This document shows positions 37,131 to 46,600 of a DNA stretch of 64,000 bases, piece by piece. Origin of the DNA: an uncultured Gammaproteobacteria bacterium (GTDB taxonomy: Bacteria > Patescibacteriota > Microgenomatia > UBA8517); contig CAZCXV010000002.1 in the NCBI GenBank assembly GCA_964502815.1, forward strand, positions 22,802-86,801, in the 5' to 3' direction. Both the position numbers and the translations under genes were made by a program. The notes beneath the pieces were generated by a model. It ran no database searches. It was not told where the DNA came from and worked only from the letters and a program-made list of their open reading frames with translations. Positions within the stretch are counted from its first letter, which is position 1. Each line of letters begins with the position of its first letter.

Positions 37131-38255
37131 ATGAATAAAATATTTTCTGGAGTCAGAGTTTTAGATCTAACCAAAGTTTTCAGTGGTCCTTTTGCAACCA
37201 GAATGTTGGCTGATTATGGAGCAGAAGTAATAAAAGTTGAAAACAGCCTTTCTCCAGATGACACTAGAAACTTTCCTCCCTTAAAAAATAACTGGAGCGG
37301 TTATTTTGAAATTTTAAATCGCAACAAAAAAGGGGTAAGTTTAAATCTTAAAAATGAAATTGATTTGCAAAAACTTTACAGCTTAGTCAAAAACTGCGAC
37401 GTCTTTGTAGAAAACTTTGCACCAAAAACCAAATTTAGCCTCAAAATCGACTATCAAACTCTAAGGAAGATAAACCCAGAAATTATCTATGCCTCACTTT
37501 CTGGACGTGGACAAACTTCCAGTGAAAAGTATTATGACATCATTGCCCAAACCCAGTCCGGTCTTCTTTCTTTAACTGGAGAAGAAAGAAAACCAATAAA
37601 AATTGGTCCTGCGGTAGTTGATGCTTTTTCTGGAATGACTCTGGCGTTTGCAATTTCTTCAGCACTTTTTTACAAACAAAAAACAGGACAAGGACAATAT
37701 ATTGATGTCTCCATGCTTGCCTCTTCCTATAACTTATTGGAAAGCAGCTTAATCCAGTCTTCAGTAACAAAAACAAATCCCAAAAGAACAGGAAACCAAG
37801 ATGGCTTAATTGCTCCTTTTGGAATCTATAAAACTAAAGATGGTTTTATAGCGATTGCCATTGGCAACCAGCTCTTTTGGAAAACTTTTGCTGGTTTCCT
37901 GCAAAAGGAATCCTCTATCTCTATTCCCTGGGATAAATTTTCCAGCAATGAAGCAAGAATTCAAAATCAAACAAAGTTAACCCAGATAATTGAAACTGTT
38001 TTTAGCAGATTTGAAACAGAATATCTAGTTTTTGCTTTAAAAGCTTTAAATCTCCCTGTTTCCAAAGTAAACACCATGCAGGATGTTTTGAAAAATGAAT
38101 TTAACTACCAAGAAAACTTTCTCTTAAGGGGAAAAAATGAGAAGGCCGGTGAATTTGTAACTACTGGTTTTTCAGTAAGATTTTCTGAACAAAAAGATTA
38201 CCAGATAGTAAACGCTCCCCAAATAGGAGAAAATAATAAGGATTATGGGATTTGA
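37131..38255 (+). CDS. CoA-transferase family III (CaiB/BaiF/formyl-CoA transferase family)
   Basis: N-terminal GVRVLDLTKVFSGPFATRMLADYGAEVIKVE is the family III CoA-transferase signature. Start at internal Met (MNKIFSG); track ORF starts at 37089. Confidence 0.75.
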   Translation: MNKIFSGVRVLDLTKVFSGPFATRMLADYGAEVIKVENSLSPDDTRNFPPLKNNWSGYFEILNRNKKGVSLNLKNEIDLQKLYSLVKNCDVFVENFAPKTKFSLKIDYQTLRKINPEIIYASLSGRGQTSSEKYYDIIAQTQSGLLSLTGEERKPIKIGPAVVDAFSGMTLAFAISSALFYKQKTGQGQYIDVSMLASSYNLLESSLIQSSVTKTNPKRTGNQDGLIAPFGIYKTKDGFIAIAIGNQLFWKTFAGFLQKESSISIPWDKFSSNEARIQNQTKLTQIIETVFSRFETEYLVFALKALNLPVSKVNTMQDVLKNEFNYQENFLLRGKNEKAGEFVTTGFSVRFSEQKDYQIVNAPQIGENNKDYGI

Positions 38256-39174
38256 CCTCCTGCCCTATAAAGATGGTTATTTCCAAAAATTAGTTGACCT
38301 ACTTAGTCTATCCTTTGAGATGAAAGCACAAGACAAACAAGAACTCATAAGGTGGAAACTACTTAATAGAATCTGGGGTGAGCCAATAATTTATACTGCT
38401 TTTAGTGAAGATAGATTAATAGGTGTCTACACCAGTATTCCCCATCCAATCTCCTACGAAAACGAAACTATTTTGGCGACTGGCTGCATTGATATGGTTA
38501 CCCACCCTGATTACAGAAGACAAGGAATAATTAAAAAATTAGCAGAAAAAACCTATCAAGAAGTAAAAAATCAAAATTACGAATTATCTTTTGGCTTTTC
38601 AAACGAAGAGGGAGTAAAAGTAGACCTGAATGCCAATGGTTACGGCTACTTTGTCCTCGGCAAGTTTCAAAAATATTACAAATTAGTTGTCAGAAAGAAA
38701 AGTTGCAGCCTTTCTTTAAAAGAAACGGGTGATATAAATGTTCCAGCTTTCATTAATCCTTACTTGCAAATAAAGAAAGACAAAAAATACCTAGACTGGA
38801 GATATATCACAAAGCCTGGTGTAGATTGCCAACTGTTTGAGATACAAGGAGACACTACTGGCTTAGTAGTATTGAAATTCGAACACAACTCCTGCTATGT
38901 CTATGATATTGTTTCAGATTACTCAGACCAAAAAAACATTTTTGAAATTGTGAGAGCAATAGAAAATTACTGTTTTGATAAACACATCCATATGGTTGTC
39001 TACAACTGTTTAAAAAATAAATTTTGGGAGAAAATATTTGCCAGTTTCAAATTCTTGAAACTACCAGATGTTGGCAAGAAATACTATTTCACGGTAAAAG
39101 TCCACAACGATCAAAATAAAAATCTTTACCTAAACAAAAACAATTGGTTACTTCTTTCTGGAGATATTATTTAG
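38245..39174 (+). CDS. GNAT-superfamily acyltransferase (FemAB/BioF2-like size)
   Basis: Acyl-CoA binding motif MVTHPDYRRQGIIKKLAE (R/Q-x-x-G-x-G/A); 11-nt overlap with the upstream CoA-transferase suggests an operon. Confidence 0.5.
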   Translation: MGFDLLPYKDGYFQKLVDLLSLSFEMKAQDKQELIRWKLLNRIWGEPIIYTAFSEDRLIGVYTSIPHPISYENETILATGCIDMVTHPDYRRQGIIKKLAEKTYQEVKNQNYELSFGFSNEEGVKVDLNANGYGYFVLGKFQKYYKLVVRKKSCSLSLKETGDINVPAFINPYLQIKKDKKYLDWRYITKPGVDCQLFEIQGDTTGLVVLKFEHNSCYVYDIVSDYSDQKNIFEIVRAIENYCFDKHIHMVVYNCLKNKFWEKIFASFKFLKLPDVGKKYYFTVKVHNDQNKNLYLNKNNWLLLSGDII

Positions 39175-39748
39175 CTAACTTTTTTCCCGATCTGACAACT
39201 TCCTCAATAGAATGTGCATGAATTTTTATGCACTGCATTTTGTTTGCTGGGTTTTCAACAATGATTGTCGTATTGTCTAGTTGTTCACTTTTGACTGTCG
39301 GTCTACTCATTTTATATCTACCCATAAAGTTGGGAAATCTTTTCAAAAAAGCACTTTCAATATTTTCTCCCTCTTCCAAAGGTAAAACAAATTCCGCGTG
39401 TTCAAGTCCATCTTCTGGAAAATCGTGATTCACACTTGGATATGGAACTTCAACACAAGGAGTTTCTAATCCCTTCACTTTGAAATTTAGAATTCTTCTT
39501 CTATTTACTAAAGCTCTTGAAATTCTTTTGCTTCCACTTTCAGCTTCAATTTCTTTCCTCAACCTGTCAGTTGTCGCAATACCTGCGATTCTTAATCCTA
39601 CATGATCTATCACCAAATCCTCAATTCCATCAAGACCAACACTGTGCCCAAACTGAATTAAATTGTCAATAAAGTCAGGAATTTGTTCCTTAACACTAAA
39701 CCAGTTCAGACCTGAAGATTCTGTTTTTCTATCTTTGAAATCTACCAT
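39167..39748 (-). CDS. YecM-like protein (VOC-fold, DUF991-type)
   Basis: DHVGLRIAG, EDGLEHAEFVLPLEEGE and IKIHAHSIEEVV mirror the E. coli YecM motifs DHISLRCH, HEGWEHIEIVLPG, IKFHPWSIEEIV. Start at internal Met (MVDFKDRK); track ORF overlaps fusA. Confidence 0.5.
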   Translation of the reverse strand: MVDFKDRKTESSGLNWFSVKEQIPDFIDNLIQFGHSVGLDGIEDLVIDHVGLRIAGIATTDRLRKEIEAESGSKRISRALVNRRRILNFKVKGLETPCVEVPYPSVNHDFPEDGLEHAEFVLPLEEGENIESAFLKRFPNFMGRYKMSRPTVKSEQLDNTTIIVENPANKMQCIKIHAHSIEEVVRSGKKLAK

Positions 39749-39752
39749 TTTT

Positions 39753-41924
39753 TTAGTTTCTAGTAGCAGGGCCAGCCATTTTTTTAGCAACTAACATGGC
39801 TTGGATATTTGCAGGAACTTCTTCATAATGGGATGGCTCAATATAGGGAACTGCTCTTCCTTGAGTCATTGACCGAAGTTGGGTGGTAAAACCAGACAGT
39901 TCTCCCAAAGGTGCCATGCCATTTACCACAGTCATCATTCCTCTTTCCTCTGTTCCTTGAATTTGGGCTCTTTTACTGGAAAGAGAGCCAATAACATCTC
40001 CCATATATTCTGCAGGAGTAGTTACTTCAATTTTTACAATTGGCTCAAGTATTACTATATCGGCATTTTTGGCAGCTGCCTCAACTGCCATAGAGCCTGC
40101 AATCTTAAAAGACATTTCAGAAGAATCCACATCGTGGAAAGAGCCATCATAAACTGCTACCAAAACATCAGTTAGTGTAAATCCCGCAAGTATCCCTCCT
40201 TCAAGTTTTTCTTTAATGCCTTTTTCAATTGCCGGAATGAAAGACTGGGGAATTGCACCACCTTTAATCTCAGAAACAAATTTAAAACCTTCTCCCCGAG
40301 GCCGTGGTTCAATCCTAACGAAACAGTGGCCATATTGACCTCTGCCTCCAGTTTGCCTAATGTATTTGCCTTCGCCAGTTGCAGCCTTTTTAACCGTTTC
40401 TTTGTAGGCAACTTGGGGAGCTCCTGTGTTTGCAACTACATTAAATTCTCTGCGCATTCGGTCAACCAAAATTTCTAGCTGCAATTCTCCCATGCCGGAA
40501 ATAATTGTCTGGCCGGTTTCAAGGTTTGACTTGATTCTAAAAGTTGGATCCTCATCAGATAATTTATTTAAAGCCAATCCCATTCTTTCCTGATCAGTTT
40601 TTGTTGCGGGCTCAATGGCCAGAGAAATAACTGGCTCAGGAAAAGTAATTGCTTCCAAATGAATCGGATTTTTTTGCTGACAAAGGGTATCTCCAGTGGT
40701 AGTCTCTTTAAAGCCTACAACAGCCACAATTTCCCCAGAATAAGCTTCATCAACCAGTTCCCTCTGATCTGCATGCATCAAAACTAATTTGCCAACCCGC
40801 TCAGAAGTTTGCCTAACGGTGTTATAAATACTTTCCCCAGCTTTTATGGTTCCAGAATAAACTCGCACAAATACTAGTCTTCCTACATGCGGATCAGTCA
40901 TTACTTTAAATGCCAAGGCTGATAGGGGAGCCTCATTGTTTCTCTCCATGAGAACTTTCTGACCATTTCTAGGATCTGTTCCTTCAACCATCGGAAGGTC
41001 AATGGGGGAGGGAAGATATTCAACCACTGCGTCAAGAAGGGTTCTAACGGTTACCATTCTGTTGTCGCCTCCTAGGATTGGGAAGAATTTGCCCGAAATT
41101 ACGCCTTTTCTAATTGCTCTTTTAATATCTGCTTCCGTTAATTCCTGACCCTCAAGATATTTATTCAAAGCTTCATCATCATACTCGGCAACTTTTTCAA
41201 TAAGTTCCTCCCGATACTGCTTTGCCTTGTCTAGCATATCTGTAGGGATTTCTTCTTCAGCCAGTTGATTATCTTCAATGTCTTTGTAGGTATAGGCCTT
41301 CATCTTTACCAGATCAACAATTCCATGCAGCTCGTGTTCAAAACCAATTGGTAGCTGAATAGCCACCGCATTTGCCCCAAGTCTTTCATGAATAGACTTT
41401 AAAGAGCCTTCAAAGTCAGCCCCAATTAAATTAAGTTTATTTAAGACACAGATTCTTGGCACATTGTATTTATTCGCTTGCCTCCAGACAGTTTCTGACT
41501 GGCTTTCTACTCCTGTTCGGCCGTCAAACACCATGACCGCACCATCAAGAACCCGCAGGGAACGCTCAACTTCAGCCGTGAAGTCAATGTGGCCTGGAGT
41601 ATCGATAATATTTACTCTATAGTGGCCATTTTCAACTGAAGACGAACTTTGCAAATCCCAGAAAGTGGTGATAGCTGCAGAAACAATAGTAATTCCTCGT
41701 TCTCTTTCCTGATCCATCCAATCAGTGACGGTTGTTCCTTCGTCAACCGATCCATGCTTGTAAGTCTTGCCAGTTTCAAAAAGAATACGTTCTGTAGTAG
41801 TGGTTTTTCCGGCATCAATATGGGCAATAATACCGATATTTCGGATTTTTTCATACGACACCAAACGATCCTTGGTGACCGTTGAAGCAATAGCTGATTT
41901 TTTCTTTGCAACTTGTCCTGCCAT
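39753..41924 (-). CDS. fusA: elongation factor G
   Basis: AHIDAGKTTTTERILF, DTPGHIDF, NKLN G-motifs and EF-G domains II-V; 723 aa. Confidence 0.95.
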   Translation of the reverse strand: MAGQVAKKKSAIASTVTKDRLVSYEKIRNIGIIAHIDAGKTTTTERILFETGKTYKHGSVDEGTTVTDWMDQERERGITIVSAAITTFWDLQSSSSVENGHYRVNIIDTPGHIDFTAEVERSLRVLDGAVMVFDGRTGVESQSETVWRQANKYNVPRICVLNKLNLIGADFEGSLKSIHERLGANAVAIQLPIGFEHELHGIVDLVKMKAYTYKDIEDNQLAEEEIPTDMLDKAKQYREELIEKVAEYDDEALNKYLEGQELTEADIKRAIRKGVISGKFFPILGGDNRMVTVRTLLDAVVEYLPSPIDLPMVEGTDPRNGQKVLMERNNEAPLSALAFKVMTDPHVGRLVFVRVYSGTIKAGESIYNTVRQTSERVGKLVLMHADQRELVDEAYSGEIVAVVGFKETTTGDTLCQQKNPIHLEAITFPEPVISLAIEPATKTDQERMGLALNKLSDEDPTFRIKSNLETGQTIISGMGELQLEILVDRMRREFNVVANTGAPQVAYKETVKKAATGEGKYIRQTGGRGQYGHCFVRIEPRPRGEGFKFVSEIKGGAIPQSFIPAIEKGIKEKLEGGILAGFTLTDVLVAVYDGSFHDVDSSEMSFKIAGSMAVEAAAKNADIVILEPIVKIEVTTPAEYMGDVIGSLSSKRAQIQGTEERGMMTVVNGMAPLGELSGFTTQLRSMTQGRAVPYIEPSHYEEVPANIQAMLVAKKMAGPATRN

Positions 41925-41937
41925 ATACTTATATTAC

Positions 41938-41965
41938 AAAAAAGATCCCGATTCCATATCGGGAT
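41938..41965 (-). terminator. intrinsic terminator (perfect 8-bp hairpin ATCCCGAT-N5-ATCGGGAT + U6) 12 nt upstream of the fusA start
   Basis: Inverted repeat at plus 41945-41965 followed on the minus strand by TTTTTT (plus 41938-41943); ends the small-peptide operon and sits in the fusA 5' region. Confidence 0.5.
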
Positions 41966-41972
41966 ACTTGTG

Positions 41973-42001
41973 ATTATATCTATTTCTTGAAAAATTAGCA
42001 A
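41973..42001 (-). promoter_or_regulatory. promoter-like TTGCTA-17-TATAAT immediately upstream of the fusA hairpin
   Basis: Minus-strand -35 TTGCTA (plus 41996-42001), 17-nt spacer, -10 TATAAT (plus 41973-41978); the predicted TSS coincides with the hairpin start. Confidence 0.3.
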
Positions 42002-42166
42002 TTGAGGTATACAATCCTTCCAAATGACAGAAGGTGATCTGGGTAAAGGAATTTCGCCTCAAATTCATCACGAGTTAAACAGTGGACTGAATTTGACCAG
42101 GTTTCAGAAGAACTGAAGTTACAATATCCACTAACAAGAGAAGATGATGGGCTAACTATAAAGTAG

Positions 42167-42259
42167 TTATTTTTTATCCACCACAAAAAAAATTATATAA
42201 CTACCAACGAGCGTAAGTGTTGCCCCAATTATCATTACTATTTGATATGCTTGAATCAT
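42167..42259 (-). CDS. small hydrophobic peptide B (30 aa, single TM)
   Basis: MIQAYQIVMIIGATLTLVGSYIIFFVVDKK; start overlaps the stop of peptide A (ATGA). Confidence 0.3.
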   Translation of the reverse strand: MIQAYQIVMIIGATLTLVGSYIIFFVVDKK

Positions 42260-42381
42260 TTTATTTTAGCCTTCCTATTTTTATTTCTTTTCAAATTCAA
42301 TAATAACACAGCACCCCAAATAAGAGCCAAACCTTGAATCAGCCAAAATACGCCAATACCAAAATTGAAATCAAATTGCAT
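42256..42381 (-). CDS. small hydrophobic peptide A (41 aa, single TM, basic tail)
   Basis: MQFDFNFGIGVFWLIQGLALIWGAVLLLNLKRNKNRKAKIK; overlaps the 3' end of the upstream 67-aa ORF in another frame. Confidence 0.3.
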   Translation of the reverse strand: MQFDFNFGIGVFWLIQGLALIWGAVLLLNLKRNKNRKAKIK

Positions 42382-42574
42382 TTATTTCCCTTTCTTCTTG
42401 TAATTTGAGTCCAATCCTAATACATCCATATACTGCTAAAGTACTTAATACAATGTTAATAATTTTAATAATAAATGTCGTGTTTGTGGGAATATTTGAA
42501 AATCCAAAAATACCAAGAGTGATCCCTTTTGCTAAATCATAGAAAAAGCTTGCTAGAGAATCGGCTTGTTTCAT
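42371..42574 (-). CDS. small membrane protein (67 aa)
   Basis: Start at internal Met (MKQADSLASFFYDLAKGITLGIFGF...). The track ORF's longer N-terminus would cover the consensus promoter, so the shorter form is preferred. Confidence 0.35.
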   Translation of the reverse strand: MKQADSLASFFYDLAKGITLGIFGFSNIPTNTTFIIKIINIVLSTLAVYGCIRIGLKLQEEREINAI

Positions 42575-42599
42575 ATTAAATAACGAATACATTAAATCC

Positions 42600-42628
42600 A
42601 TACTAAAACAAATTTTTAACTTTGTCAA
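42600..42628 (-). promoter_or_regulatory. consensus sigma70-type promoter TTGACA-17-TAGTAT for the small-peptide operon
   Basis: Minus-strand -35 TTGACA (plus 42623-42628), 17-nt spacer, -10 TAGTAT (plus 42600-42605), ~25 nt upstream of the 67-aa ORF start. Confidence 0.4.
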
Positions 42629-42712
42629 GTATCTATAGAATAATATCTATAAGAGGAATTTATGTTGAAGTAAATTTATATTTTAAATCTTTAAAAAAAC
42701 CGAGGATACGAC

Positions 42713-43195
42713 CTAATTCCACTTAAAATGACTGAAGGCACGATTGGCTTCTGCACTTCGCTCCATATCTTGTCTTTTCTTGACTGATGCGCCTTCTTCT
42801 TTGGCGGCATCAAGTATTTCTGCTGCTAATTTTAGGGCAAAAGTGTGAAATTCAGAATTTGACCTTTTTCTGGAAAATTCTATAAGCCATCTTATTGCCA
42901 AGGAATCTTTTCTTACTCCTCTGACTGGCATTGGAACTTGGTAGGCAGCTCCTCCAACGCGCCTTGATCTTACTTCCATTGAAGGCCTGATATTGTCCAG
43001 GGCTTGGCCAAAGATAACCATAGGGTCTTCCTTGGTTTTTTCTTTAATAATGTCAAAAGCATGATAAATTTGTTTTTGCGAAACTGTCTTTTTGCCATCC
43101 ATCATGGCTCTATTTACTAGTTTTGTTACCAGAGTATTGCCATACACTGGATCTGGCGTGATTACTTTTGCTGGTGGCGCTCCTCTTCTTGGCAT
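42713..43195 (-). CDS. rpsG: 30S ribosomal protein S7
   Basis: Start at MPRRGAPPAKVITPDPVYGN (S7 consensus N-terminus), directly after the rpsL stop. The track ORF's 32-aa extension overlaps rpsL and is rejected. Confidence 0.9.
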   Translation of the reverse strand: MPRRGAPPAKVITPDPVYGNTLVTKLVNRAMMDGKKTVSQKQIYHAFDIIKEKTKEDPMVIFGQALDNIRPSMEVRSRRVGGAAYQVPMPVRGVRKDSLAIRWLIEFSRKRSNSEFHTFALKLAAEILDAAKEEGASVKKRQDMERSAEANRAFSHFKWN

Positions 43196-43196
43196 A

Positions 43197-43619
43197 TTAA
43201 ACCGCTCCTCCTTGCACAGCTTTGGTTCCATATCTACTTCTTCCAGTTTTTCTGCCAACAACACCATCTGCTCCAAATTTGCCTCTAACAATTTTGTATC
43301 TTACGCCTGATAAATCTTTTACTTTTCCGCTTCTGACCATGACAACTGCGTGCTCGGCAATATTGTGACCTTCACCCGGAATATAGGCAGTGATTTCTTG
43401 TTTATTAGAAAGTCTTACTCTAGCAACTTTACGGAGAGCCGAGTTTGGCTTTCTAGGCGTCATTGTTCTGACAGCCAAAACTACCCCTCTTTTGAAGGGT
43501 GCTGATAAGGATTTAAACTTTCTGTCTTTGGCATTAAACCACCGCTTTAGAGCTGTGGCTTTTGCTTTGGCGACTTTTGGCTTTCTACCTTTTCGAACTA
43601 GTTGTGCAGCTGTTGGCAT
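43197..43619 (-). CDS. rpsL: 30S ribosomal protein S12
   Basis: [31 protein letters not shown]; ~15-aa C-terminal extension. Confidence 0.9.
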   Translation of the reverse strand: MPTAAQLVRKGRKPKVAKAKATALKRWFNAKDRKFKSLSAPFKRGVVLAVRTMTPRKPNSALRKVARVRLSNKQEITAYIPGEGHNIAEHAVVMVRSGKVKDLSGVRYKIVRGKFGADGVVGRKTGRSRYGTKAVQGGAV

Positions 43620-43622
43620 ATT

Positions 43623-46600
43623 TTAAGTTGTGATTCTATCAGGTGTGACCGGTATAAGTCTACCAATAATAACATTTTCCTTAAGTCCCAAAAGTCTGTC
43701 CACTCTTCCTCTTAAAGAAGCATCTGTTAAAATATCGGTTGTTTGCTCAAATGAAGCTGCCGAAAGCCAGCTGTCGGTATGTAAAGCTCTTCTGGTAACT
43801 CCAGAGACTATTTGCTTAAATGAGGCCAACTTCTTACCTTCTTCATTCATCTTGATGTTTTCTTCCTCAATCTTGGCCTTTTCGATGATATCTCCAGGAA
43901 GATACTGTGTCTCACCGGCGTTTGAAATCTTGACTTCATCAGTCATCTTTCTGACAATAACTTCAAAGTGTCTGTCGTTTATTGGTATACCTTGGGATTC
44001 ATAGACTGCTTGGAGCTCGTTTACTAGGTATTCCTGGGTAGCTTTAAGCCCACTTACATTCAAGATTTCTTTCAGATCTAGTGATCCAGATGCCAGCTGA
44101 ACACCTGGTGCGACCAATTGACCATTTTCAACAACTAATTTAGAAGCCTTTGGAATAATATATTCTCTTTCGTCTTTTTGTTTACCAGTGCCTTTGATGG
44201 TTACTTTCCAGCCAGATTCAGTCTCATCAACTTTTATTTTTCCGGTAATTTCGGCAATTGGGGAAAGAATCTTTGGAATTCTGGCTTCAAACAATTCTTC
44301 AACTCTTGGAAGTCCTTGAGTAACATCAACTCCAATGACACCTCCCGAGTGTTTAGTACGAAGCGTCAACTGCGTTCCAGGTTCGCCAATGGATTGGGCG
44401 GCAACAACGCCTACTGGAACTCCAATTTGAACTATTTTTTTGTCAGCCAAGTTCCAGCCATAGCACTTTTGGCAAACTCCATATTTAGTCAAACAGGTAA
44501 GTGGAGATCTGATAATTGCTGTTCCCACTTCTGATTCGCTAAGTTTCTTAGCTACTTCCTCATCAATAAATACTCCCTTTTTAACAATTACCTTACCCTT
44601 GGGAGTCTTAATGTCACTTGCGGCAAATCTGCCAAAAATTCTCTTGGCAAAAACATTGCCACGAACGCTCTTTTTGATTTCAATGCCTTCTTTGCTACCG
44701 CAATCCTCAACCCTAACCAGCATATCGTGGGTCACGTCCACCAGTCTTCTGGTCAAATATCCTGCATCGGCTGTTTTAATAGCTGTATCTGTCAAACCCT
44801 TTCTTGATCCACGGCCAGAGGCAACGTATTCAAAAACCGACAAACCTTCTCTAAAATTAGACTTAATTGGAAGTTCAACAATTTTTCCCGTCGGGTCAGT
44901 AACCAAGCCTCTCATACCCGCAAGTTGCTTGATTTGGTCTCTGGAGGTACGACCGACTTTGGCGTCAATAACCACTCTGATTGCGCCGGTTGGTTCAATT
45001 ATCTCCCAAGTCCGATCGGCAATTTCTTCAGTAGTTTCAATCCAAACTTCTTGTGTAAGTCTACGCTTTTCTTCAGCCGTAATAAGCCCCTGGGCAAAGT
45101 TTTCCTCAATTTCCGATACTCTAATATTGGCTTCTTCTATAATTTTGTTCTTTTCCGGCAAGATCTGGGCATCGACAACACCAAACGACAATCCACTGAC
45201 GGTTCCACCCACAAAACCAAGGTCTTTAATGTCATCTATTAGTTTGACAACCTGATCTTCACCAACCATGGCAAAGGATTTAGTCAAGATTTCCTTAATT
45301 AAAGAAGAGTTGACTGATTCATTGATAAACCCAAACTCAGAAGGCAAAACTTCATTAAATAAAATTCTCCCGGCGGTAGTATCAATTATTTTGCCTTCTA
45401 CTCTAACCGAAATAGTTTGTCTTAATTCAACATGTCCTCCTTGATAGGCCGTTAAAGCCTCTCCGGAATCTGCAAAAACTGTCCCATAAACTTTAATTCT
45501 AGGATCATCACTGGTCAAATAATAAACTCCCAAAGCCATTTCTTTAGAAGATGGGGAAGTAGAAGGAGAACCGTCAGATACTCTTAGTAAATTTTTGTCG
45601 CTCATGATTAAAGTTTTTGCTTCCTCAATTGCTTTGGCCGAAAGTGGAATGTGAACTGCCATTTGGTCACCGTCAAAGTCGGCATTAAAACCCGAGCAAA
45701 CCGCAGGGTGTACTCGAATTGCATTACCCTCAATTAAGATCGGGTAAAATGCTTGAATTCCAAGCTTGTGCAAAGTTGGTGCACGGTTTAAAAGTACTGG
45801 GTGGTTTTTAGTAATCTCTTCCAAGATGTCAAAAACTTCTGGAGGCCTTCTTTCTAGCATGTTTTTGGCAGACTTGACATTGGGAGCAACACCTCTGACT
45901 ATCATTTCCCTGAGGACAAAGGGTTTAAACATCTCAAGGGCCATTTCTTTTGGCAAACCACATTCGGTAAGTCTAAGTTCAGGTCCAACAATAATAACCG
46001 ACCTTCCAGAATAATCTACGCGTTTTCCAAGCAAGTTTTGTCTAAATCTTCCTTGTTTTCCCCGAAGCATATCGGAAAGAGACCTCAAAGTCTGTTTACC
46101 CCGGCCCCTCCTGGTCGCCTTCCTTTGGCTGGCATCAATAAGAGAGTCAACTGCCTCTTGAAGCATTCTTTTTTCATTTCTAAGGATTATCTCGGGAGCA
46201 CCAAGAGTAATTAAGTGTTTCAAACGATTGTTTCTATTTATCACTCTTCGATAAAGATCGTTTAAATCTGAAGTTGCAAATCTTCCGCCAGACAACTGAA
46301 CCATTGGCCTTAGGTCAGGAGGCAAAACTGGCAAGACTCTCATTATTGTCCAACCTGGGTGGACTTTGGCAGTCCGCATACCGTCAATAATTTTAAGTCT
46401 TTTGGTAAGCTTGATAAACTTAGCACCTCTAATATCGGTGTCTTCGAGCTCTTTCCTAATTTCAACTGCAATTTCTTCCAAGTTTAGTTTTTCAATAACG
46501 TTTAAAATAGCTTCTGCACCCATTTTGACTTCAATAAAATCACCTGCGTCATAGGAGGAAAGTTCATCGTATTCTTCTTCTGACAAGAAACCTAATTTTC

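Noticed and set aside
41995-42186. 63-aa minus-strand ORF (MWWIKNNYFIVSPSS...) in the rpsG-fusA gap
   Set aside because: No promoter or RBS context, not hydrophobic like its neighbours, and lies between the small-peptide operon stop and the terminator. Judged non-coding, though the ~200-nt untranslated stretch itself remains unexplained.
44599-45255. 218-aa plus-strand ORF, and several others at 43630..44004, 44178..44534 and 44925..45242, inside rpoC
   Set aside because: Antisense shadow ORFs within a strongly supported rpoC coding region; low-complexity S/T/L-rich translations typical of the reverse frames of a coding sequence.
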